A stretch of DNA of 27,045 nt from Candidatus Heimdallarchaeota archaeon (GTDB lineage: Archaea > Asgardarchaeota > Heimdallarchaeia > Heimdallarchaeales > Heimdallarchaeaceae): positions 1-27,045 of the forward strand of contig JABCTC010000046.1 of NCBI GenBank assembly GCA_018238545.1, given 5' to 3'. The position numbers and the translations under genes are program-made. The notes beneath the pieces were generated by a model. That model did not search any database. It was given only the letters and a program-made list of their open reading frames with translations, and was not told the origin of the DNA. This document shows positions 19,119 to 25,745 of this stretch, piece after piece. Each line of letters opens with the position of its first letter. The first letter of the stretch is position 1.

Positions 19119-19445
19119 TTGATTGATTTAGAATGGAGAATGAAAATGGGAAAAAGTTACCAGTTTTACTGTAAAGAATGCGAATTAAATATGATCCTAT
19201 ATGAAGGTATCAAGTACAAACCAGATGATACTTCAATAAATTATTACTGCTTTAAATGCAACAAAATATCTTATCATGATACTTGTTTAGATTGCGGAGA
19301 TAAACTGTATTACTCTATTGAGATACCCAAGAAAAAACGAAAGATGCCCACTTCTTCTGATCAACCTATGGAAATCAAACTAGCATGTCCAAAATGTCGT
19401 TCTAAAGAAACTATTCTCACAAAAATCGGTGAATGGGTGCGTTGA
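19119..19445 (+). CDS. multi-CxxC zinc-ribbon protein
   Basis: Four CxxC pairs (CKEC, CFKC, CLDC, CPKC). The start may be an ATG about 21-27 nt downstream. Confidence 0.8.
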   Translation: MIDLEWRMKMGKSYQFYCKECELNMILYEGIKYKPDDTSINYYCFKCNKISYHDTCLDCGDKLYYSIEIPKKKRKMPTSSDQPMEIKLACPKCRSKETILTKIGEWVR

Positions 19446-19572
19446 AAGTTTGTAAAAAAGCTATTAATTACCTTTGTAATGCTAGCAAACAGATTTATTA
19501 AATTGTCTGATTTCAAAATAATCTAAAAAGAAGAAACACTCTTCCTTTTCTTTTATTTTCTGTATTATTGCA

Positions 19573-20451
19573 TTATTCAAGCTTAAATTTCTCATAGTTA
19601 GGATATAATGTGACCATTGCTGCCCCTTTACCTACAGAGTTAACAATTGCAGGAGGAATTTTCCAGACAAAACAATTTTTCACTTGTTTCACTTTTCTTA
19701 CCTCTGCTTCTAGAATTTCAGCTTTATTTCTGTCATTTGCATGAGATATAATTAGATCATATACTATCTCATCTGACATCTTCATTTCTATTTCTTTTAT
19801 TATTTTCTTCAAAGCACCTTTGAATCCTATCCCTCCTCCAAACCCTATAACACCTTCATCTAATGGTATATGATATATCGGTTTTAATTTCAGTGTTCTT
19901 GTTAGTAAAGACATGTGAACACTTTTCTTCACTTTACCAGATTGGAACAATGTCGTGAAATCTTTTGAAAAACCAATTGTGTAAATATGTGGTTTAACTT
20001 CATCAAAATAGCTCTTAATTTCCTCAATACTTTTGTTTTCTTTCAGCATTTTTTGTGCATATAGAACAAAAGCAGCTTGACTAGCTCCTGCATATTGGGT
20101 GGGATAGAATTCGATCTTGATTTTATCTTTCATCTTCTTAGCCGCAAGACGTACAGAGTTAACTTGGTTTGATGTTTTAGGTGTCATAAATGGATAAAAA
20201 ATCGTATCATATTTGTCTTCCTCTGCTTGTTTCAACACAATTGAAGCGTCGTTAGGAGAAGCAAAACTTGTTTTAGGGGCAGGATTAATCAGATGTAGGT
20301 TTTCAGTAAATTCCTCTCTCTCTATCTCTGTTATTTCCTTTTTATACCCCTCTTTGTATTCTACTAATATTTCTAAAAGAGCTATTCTGTGTTCCTCTAA
20401 GTATTCTTTAGGTATAGTTGAGGTTGAATCTGTTAGTATTAATATTTTCAT
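19573..20451 (-). CDS. degV: DegV/FakB family fatty-acid-binding protein
   Basis: ILTDST, PKTS.ASP, L.QSG+V, LKLKPI, IISHAND, VGKGA motifs. Confidence 0.9.
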   Translation of the reverse strand: MKILILTDSTSTIPKEYLEEHRIALLEILVEYKEGYKKEITEIEREEFTENLHLINPAPKTSFASPNDASIVLKQAEEDKYDTIFYPFMTPKTSNQVNSVRLAAKKMKDKIKIEFYPTQYAGASQAAFVLYAQKMLKENKSIEEIKSYFDEVKPHIYTIGFSKDFTTLFQSGKVKKSVHMSLLTRTLKLKPIYHIPLDEGVIGFGGGIGFKGALKKIIKEIEMKMSDEIVYDLIISHANDRNKAEILEAEVRKVKQVKNCFVWKIPPAIVNSVGKGAAMVTLYPNYEKFKLE

Positions 20452-20669
20452 TTGAGACGATATTTGCGGAACACCATTACTTTTAAAGATTACTAATTAA
20501 ATAATAGTTCTTCTAATTAATTATATATTTATCCTATTGCATTTTTGAAAAAAGTGAATCCAATTTACATTTTGATGGATTTGAAATAACTTATTCTTCT
20601 TATTAAGGATAAAACAAAAGTGGAATAATTCCCTGATCCATTTTGTTTTTAATTTCACTCATAACTACT

Positions 20670-20713
20670 AGTAAGGTTAAAAAGAAAAGAAGAGGAAGTA
20701 GTTTATTTTCCTC
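20670..20713 (-). terminator. hairpin + U-tract terminator
   Basis: Minus strand GAGGAA-aataaactac-TTCCTC followed by ttcttttcttttt. Confidence 0.55.
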
Positions 20714-20732
20714 ATTCTTATTTGCTTCCACT

Positions 20733-20822
20733 TCAAGTGTATTGTATGATTTTGTGCGGTGTTTTTGCATAGTTTGACCTTTTTGAGATTTTAGTGTTAG
20801 TATTCTGGGATTTTAACTTCAT
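20733..20822 (-). CDS. putative 29-aa basic small ORF (MKLKSQNTNTKISKRSNYAKTPHKIIQYT)
   Basis: TTATAT box at ~20870, palindrome AAGTCT-tt-AGACTT in the leader, terminator just downstream; SD weak. Confidence 0.3.
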   Translation of the reverse strand: MKLKSQNTNTKISKRSNYAKTPHKIIQYT

Positions 20823-20925
20823 TTTTCTCAACAAAGTCTAAAGACTTCGTAAAATATAGTTAACATATAATTTAATGAATACTTTGTAGTAAGTATTATG
20901 CAACTGTTTTACAACTATTAATTAA

Positions 20926-21140
20926 AATAAAGGGGGCATGTGTTCATGTTGAATACATGCCCTATGACATGAATTTTGTACAAATTCTTTAGAAGTGCCT
21001 GAGCACATCATGGGGACGCCACTTACCCTCCTACACCGCCCACAGCTTCTTGCAAAGATGCTTACGGTTCGCTTTGAGGTTTTTGTTGGATGTAGCCCCG
21101 AGGATCACTATGGGACTAGTGCATAGCTACAATCCTTCAA
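20926..21140 (-). ncRNA. candidate structured non-coding RNA, unknown family
   Basis: 76/150 GC over 20991-21140 (hand count) in AT-rich intergenic DNA; five consecutive hairpins; TTTAAATA at 21167-21160; last hairpin followed by a U-rich tail. Confidence 0.6.
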
Positions 21141-21452
21141 CATATGAGCTACACTGGTCTATTTAAACACCAAAAGAATGTACAGAAAGAATGTTATAAT
21201 CTGGATTGAAATCACCATATTACAGGCTCTTAAAAAATCGGAACTTTCAAATTGGAATATGCAGATTTACTTCAAGTTTTTGTTCTTTAAATTCTTGCCA
21301 CTATGTTTTATTTAACATGAGATCTACATCTAACCTTGTTGGCTTTTTTCAGTTTTGCAAATGCATCCTGATTTAGTTAAAAATTAAGAATAAAAAATAA
21401 GAAAAAGTTCTAGATTCTCACCTAGAAAAAATAAAGGTTGTTGAAGTTAGTA

Positions 21453-21656
21453 TTATTCAACAATTGCTACGTTTACAGCTTGTGATCCTCTGTCGGTATC
21501 TTCTAAGTCATAAGTAACTTTTGTCCCTATTTGAAGAGCGTAAAAGTCTCCAGTAACTCCAGAAGAATGGAAAAAGATATCTTTTTCTGCGTCTTCTTCA
21601 TTTTCTATAAAACCATAACCTTTATCGGTCATTACTTTTTTAATAGTTCCTTGCAT
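21453..21656 (-). CDS. csp: cold-shock domain protein
   Basis: RNP1 KGYGFI, RNP2 DIFFH, C-terminal G.QAVNV; SD GAGGA. Confidence 0.95.
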   Translation of the reverse strand: MQGTIKKVMTDKGYGFIENEEDAEKDIFFHSSGVTGDFYALQIGTKVTYDLEDTDRGSQAVNVAIVE

Positions 21657-21860
21657 TTTAGTTTTCCTCTTATGGATTTATCACGTTTCGAAAGGTGTGA
21701 TGTCCTTCTTAAATAAAAAAGAGTAATATCAAATATTAATTTTAATTAAAGCTTGAAGTTTCTAATTTATTTACGGTTGTTCTTTTGGGAAATCATTAAT
21801 AAATTTGTGCATAATACTTATTTTTTGTTAAAAGAGGTAGGGATGAAGTATGGGGTAGTT

Positions 21861-21959
21861 TTAGAGGTTTCCTCTATAATAAACTACTGATTTCATAGCT
21901 TCGTATTTCATCTTTTTGATTGCTTTCTCGATTTTCATGTTTTGTATTTTTCTGTTCAT
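21861..21959 (-). CDS. 32-aa basic small protein MNRKIQNMKIEKAIKKMKYEAMKSVVYYRGNL
   Basis: SD TAGGTG, ATG at 21959, TAA at 21863-21861; amphipathic pattern; upstream TATA-like box and palindrome. Different frame from track ORF 21874..22101. Confidence 0.55.
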   Translation of the reverse strand: MNRKIQNMKIEKAIKKMKYEAMKSVVYYRGNL

Positions 21960-22017
21960 TTTTTACACCTAACCTAACATCACTATCCCTTTTAAAAAGG
22001 ATTGAACACAGAAAGAG

Positions 22018-22032
22018 GTCACAAGTTGTGAC
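22018..22032. promoter_or_regulatory. palindromic operator candidate GTCACAA-G-TTGTGAC
   Basis: Perfect 7-1-7 inverted repeat directly 3' (minus strand) of TTATTTAT at 22040-22033. Confidence 0.55.
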
Positions 22033-22100
22033 ATAAATAACAAAAATCATGAAAAACAGCTTGAGAGGCTTTAGATTCTTTATTTTGTTATTCACCTCCA

Positions 22101-22284
22101 AAGCTCAAAAATAAAGCTGGGGAGCTAGTAGAAAGAATCAAGGATGATCTACTAGCAGAAGGTGTTTTCAGTAGGTTACAATGTAGGCAAAGGATTACTC
22201 AGATTATTACCACCTCTAACAATGAATATTAAAGAAATACAGTTTCTGAAAGAAAAAATGATAAATGTTTTTGGCAATATATGA
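22101..22284 (+). pseudogene. C-terminal remnant of a class III aminotransferase (ArgD-like), frameshifted
   Basis: KLKNKAGELVERIKDDLLAEGVF, a one-base shift near 22170, then VGYNVGKGLLRLLPPLTMNIKEIQFLKEKMINVFGNI*. LR..PPL is the class III C-terminal signature. Confidence 0.75.
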
Positions 22285-22388
22285 GATGTTTATAGTCCAG
22301 GAAAGAAAGATATAGCATAACTCATTCATTATGTTGTGTTTCAGAAACTTAATGAAAAAAATTGAAAAATGAGAAAAAAAGTTGAAAA

Positions 22389-23360
22389 CTAGTTCATCTT
22401 ATTTCTTTTTTTCTTGTTATATAAAATTACAGTTGGCACAATAAGTAAAGAAAGTAGAGTATAACTGAAGTTAATAGGAGTTCTGATAGCCGAAGAGCCA
22501 CCTTTCCTGATTCTATGTTCCTCCTCACATTTGATTAAACTTTCATCAGTTGTTACTTCATACGATAGTGTGTAATCATATGCGATCAAAGTTCCACCAT
22601 CAGAATATTCTAAGGCTACATTAACTAGGTATTTACTGTAGGGGAAATATGAATATATATCTTCTATATAATCATATTCTATTTCATATATATAGTTAGA
22701 CAAATCAAAAGTCATAGACCATTTTGTAGAGGAGTTAGAGATACTGAACGGTGTTTGTTCTGTATCACTTATTCCCATTATTTTATATGATGGTATGGCA
22801 TCCAAGAAGTCTCCTAAAGTTATTTCATCAGTTGTATAATCGTGTGTTACAGTATCTACAACTTGGGTTCTATCTCCTAAAACCTCCAAATTTGTGTTGA
22901 ATAATTCCCAATCTGGTTCTACGAAGTATCTTATATTTTCAAAATCAGCTTGAAATTCAACTAGTATATTTCGACTATTTTCCTCATCCCATCTGTAGTT
23001 GTGATAGAAGAAGTTGCTTGCGTAATAGGTGCTCATTAAATCAGCATCAAAATGGAAAGTAAGCGTATTTTCATTACCAGAATCATATTTAGCTTCTACT
23101 TCTACTTCTTTTGTTGATTCAAAGATATTTGTTATCGTGTACATCCTTTCTTCTTCTTCTATAATTTCAAATTTATATGAAAGATCTTCTGATAAGGATG
23201 TATAACTAAACTCTCCATTCATAACCATCCCAAACACATATACATCATCCTCATACCAGTCTCTAACTATTGCTGCTGAACCAGGAAGTATTAAACTAAC
23301 TGATAAAACAGTTAGAAGAGCACAGGTTATTGTCGTATGCACGAATTTTTTCTTAAGCAT
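22389..23360 (-). CDS. secreted acidic surface protein with C-terminal anchor (paralogue of 23353..24381)
   Basis: Signal peptide; shared RDWY, F.EPDWE.FNTN, EITLGDFLD.I.SY.IMG, SNSSTKWS..FDLSN; ends TPINFSY + TM + KKKR. Confidence 0.85.
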   Translation of the reverse strand: MLKKKFVHTTITCALLTVLSVSLILPGSAAIVRDWYEDDVYVFGMVMNGEFSYTSLSEDLSYKFEIIEEEERMYTITNIFESTKEVEVEAKYDSGNENTLTFHFDADLMSTYYASNFFYHNYRWDEENSRNILVEFQADFENIRYFVEPDWELFNTNLEVLGDRTQVVDTVTHDYTTDEITLGDFLDAIPSYKIMGISDTEQTPFSISNSSTKWSMTFDLSNYIYEIEYDYIEDIYSYFPYSKYLVNVALEYSDGGTLIAYDYTLSYEVTTDESLIKCEEEHRIRKGGSSAIRTPINFSYTLLSLLIVPTVILYNKKKRNKMN

Positions 23361-24381
23361 TTTTAATCACTCCTGGCTTTGGTCTTTTTTTCTTCTTCGA
23401 GAAATAGAGTAGAACAGGCAGAATCATTAAAGACAATAGAGAATAACTGAAGTTAGAAGGTGTTTCAACTGCTTCAAATCCCCCTTTTTGAATAATTACA
23501 CTATATACTTCTTCTTCTACTGCATCATCTGTTGTCACTTCAGTAATAATGTTATATTCAAACAAATTGAGTGTTCCACCTTCTGTAAAATCTAAAGTGT
23601 AACTGACTGTATACGTACTATAGGGGAAGTAAGAATCGACATGAGTCCCACATTCTCTTTTATAAATGACGTTTGATAAGTCAAAACTGAAAGACCATTT
23701 TGTTGAAGAATTAGATAAAGTAAACTGTGAATCAACTGTATCTCTAACACCCATAATATCATAAGAAACAATAGAATCTAGAAAATCACCAAGAGTTATT
23801 TCATAGGTTGTCCAAAGACCATCTGTTACTATATCAACTATCTGAGTCCTGTCAAGCAATCTTCCCATATTTGTGTTGAATATTTCCCAATCAGGTTCTA
23901 TAAAGAAGACCATATCGAAATAATGCATGTCAAAATCTGTTAACACTAACCTATCACCTTTTTTATCCCATCTATAGTCAATATCGAAGAGGGAATCTGC
24001 TAATAAACCACTAATTACTCCTGCATCAGTATATCCATCAGATTCTCCCGTACCAATACCTGCAATTGTCATGTTTGCAACTAGTTCATGGTTAATCGAA
24101 TCAATACTTATTATATCAAATCTTATTTCCATCTCCTCGGAACAATATCCAAAGCCCTCAAGTGCATCAATTGTTGTTATAGTTGTTATAGATTCTGACC
24201 AGATTAATGCATATTTGACAGAGGTGCCGACATACCAATCTCTAGTAGCAGCTGAGCTATGTAAACTACTGTTAATCATTAATATAGTTATTAAAATGGA
24301 AATGAAACTGAGTTTCGTTAAATGATTTCTAATCATTTCAATTACCTTGTGAAGATATTGTGAACTTATTCTGTTGAGCAC
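23353..24381 (-). CDS. secreted acidic surface protein with C-terminal anchor (tandem paralogue)
   Basis: Same motifs as its neighbour; ends TPSNFSY + TM + KKKKR; overlaps the next gene by 8 bp. Likely start is ATG 24336 (MIRNHL) after AAGGT. Confidence 0.85.
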   Translation of the reverse strand: MLNRISSQYLHKVIEMIRNHLTKLSFISILITILMINSSLHSSAATRDWYVGTSVKYALIWSESITTITTIDALEGFGYCSEEMEIRFDIISIDSINHELVANMTIAGIGTGESDGYTDAGVISGLLADSLFDIDYRWDKKGDRLVLTDFDMHYFDMVFFIEPDWEIFNTNMGRLLDRTQIVDIVTDGLWTTYEITLGDFLDSIVSYDIMGVRDTVDSQFTLSNSSTKWSFSFDLSNVIYKRECGTHVDSYFPYSTYTVSYTLDFTEGGTLNLFEYNIITEVTTDDAVEEEVYSVIIQKGGFEAVETPSNFSYSLLSLMILPVLLYFSKKKKRPKPGVIKNA

Positions 24382-24490
24382 TATTAAGAGTTGTGCATAA
24401 TTTGAGTTTATTGAACGTAGATACTTTTTAATCAGGTTAATAAATTAAACTAAAACTTTTGACAGCTAACCAAATAAAGGAAAAAACAGG

Positions 24491-25678
24491 CTATTTTTGC
24501 CACAAAGTCCAGCCATATTCTCTTGCAATACTATTCATAATCTCGCTTTGTAATAATTCTCCTCTAATTCCATTTGTGATTATAATTGCACCTTGTCCAG
24601 TTTCGGCACAAATGATTGGTAAACATGTAGCTCCTGGCCAATTTGTTCCAGGATGAGTGAAAAACTTATTCTTTCCATTATCTATAATAAATATACCTAA
24701 CCCTTGACCTGTCATACCGAAGAACTTTGTAGGGTCTAGATCTAATGCTGGTGTTACCATTTGTTCTATTATCTTCTGCTTGAAAAAGCTGTTTTCTTCT
24801 CCTCTCAAAGTATTCATAATGTCTATGTAAAATTTGCTCAAATCTAGAGCTGTTGTTATTAATCCTCCTTGAGCATAAGCTGTAGGATGTAATCCTGTTT
24901 CTTTTGCTTCACCTTCTTGATCGTGAGGAACTATCAATCGTTGTTTTACTTCCTCTGTTGGATATTTGAATGAACTGTTTTCCATACCTAAAGGTTGGAA
25001 AATCTGCTCATCGACTATATCTGGAAACGATTTCCTTGCAATATCTTCTAACAACAGTTGAACTAGAATATACCCATAGTTCGAATATGCGTGATTATTT
25101 CCTGGTGTGAAATCTACTGAAAAAGGATCAGAAAGGGAAGGCTTTTCTCCTTTAAACATCTGTGTCAAAGTTGGTGCTGAGTTAGGTTCTGAACTGAAAC
25201 CTCCATTAGGACCATTGATTCCTGCTCTATGGGATAAAATATGTCTTAGTGTTACTTTTGATCTTTCTGTAAATTCGCCCTCTGGAATCTTCCAAGATGT
25301 TAATCTATTGTTTACATCCTCATCCAATTCTAACAATTCTTTATCTACAAAACTTAATGCTGTTACTGCTGTGAATGATTTAGATGTAGAACCGACTTCA
25401 AGTAATGTGTCTAGTGTTATGGGTTCGGTTGTTCTCACATCCTTTACTCCAAAGCATTTTATCCATTCTAATTCATAGTTGTTGATAACCGCAACACAGA
25501 CTCCAGGAACATTATAGTGCTTCATTTTCTCTAGAATAGTTGATTTTTCTCCAGAAAAAGAAAATCGACCATCAAAGTTAAAATTTAAGATATTTTCTTC
25601 TACTCTTTGAATTCTGTTCTTAGATTCCTCACTTGTACCATCAATAATTAGCAAGGTATTATCTTCTAGAGTATCCAT
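24491..25678 (-). CDS. serine hydrolase, beta-lactamase class C / AmpC-like family
   Basis: SxxK (GSTSKS), LRHILSHRAG, YxN (AYSNYGY), FQPLGM, HPG. No signal peptide. Confidence 0.93.
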   Translation of the reverse strand: MDTLEDNTLLIIDGTSEESKNRIQRVEENILNFNFDGRFSFSGEKSTILEKMKHYNVPGVCVAVINNYELEWIKCFGVKDVRTTEPITLDTLLEVGSTSKSFTAVTALSFVDKELLELDEDVNNRLTSWKIPEGEFTERSKVTLRHILSHRAGINGPNGGFSSEPNSAPTLTQMFKGEKPSLSDPFSVDFTPGNNHAYSNYGYILVQLLLEDIARKSFPDIVDEQIFQPLGMENSSFKYPTEEVKQRLIVPHDQEGEAKETGLHPTAYAQGGLITTALDLSKFYIDIMNTLRGEENSFFKQKIIEQMVTPALDLDPTKFFGMTGQGLGIFIIDNGKNKFFTHPGTNWPGATCLPIICAETGQGAIIITNGIRGELLQSEIMNSIAREYGWTLWQK

Positions 25679-25745
25679 ACAGACGAGAAAGTATTGATAT
25701 TTATAAAACTAATCAAATAAAGAAAAAAGAAGAAGAAAATGAAAA

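Noticed and set aside
20718-20735. TGA followed by SGSK-TAA as selenocysteine readthrough
   Set aside because: No redox motif context and no identifiable SECIS.
20921-21010. 29-codon ORF MMCSGTSKEFVQNSCHRACIQHEHMPPLF within the candidate ncRNA
   Set aside because: AGGAGG is too far from the ATG and the sequence is explained by hairpins; not fully excluded.
21020-21029. GGGTAAGT / ACTTACCC resembling a 5' splice site or U1 snRNA 5' end
   Set aside because: An 8-nt match is expected by chance, and there are no other snRNA features.
21008-21040. GGCGTCCCC resembling the archaeal SRP RNA Alu domain
   Set aside because: No helix-8 CAGG..GGAA..AGCA motif nearby, and the region is too short.
21060-21160. 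tRNA-like words (GTGTAGCTCA, GGTTCG) and a group II intron domain V-like TACGGTTC
   Set aside because: The tRNA words are on opposite strands with no cloverleaf; domain V pairing cannot be formed.
21874-22101. 75-aa minus-strand track ORF
   Set aside because: Its TTG start overlaps the SD itself, and it runs across the promoter and a better-supported 32-aa ORF in another frame.
3082-25478. Short track ORFs nested in or antisense to longer genes (e.g. 3082, 3145, 4825, 6721, 7641, 9775, 10372, 10384, 10972, 11223, 13111, 14207, 14541, 17081, 17643, 18537, 20213, 21531, 24071, 24459, 25107)
   Set aside because: They overlap well-supported genes and show no recognisable motifs.
24491-25678. 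Antibiotic-resistance beta-lactamase
   Set aside because: The motifs are shared by the broad serine hydrolase family and the protein has no signal peptide; resistance cannot be inferred.
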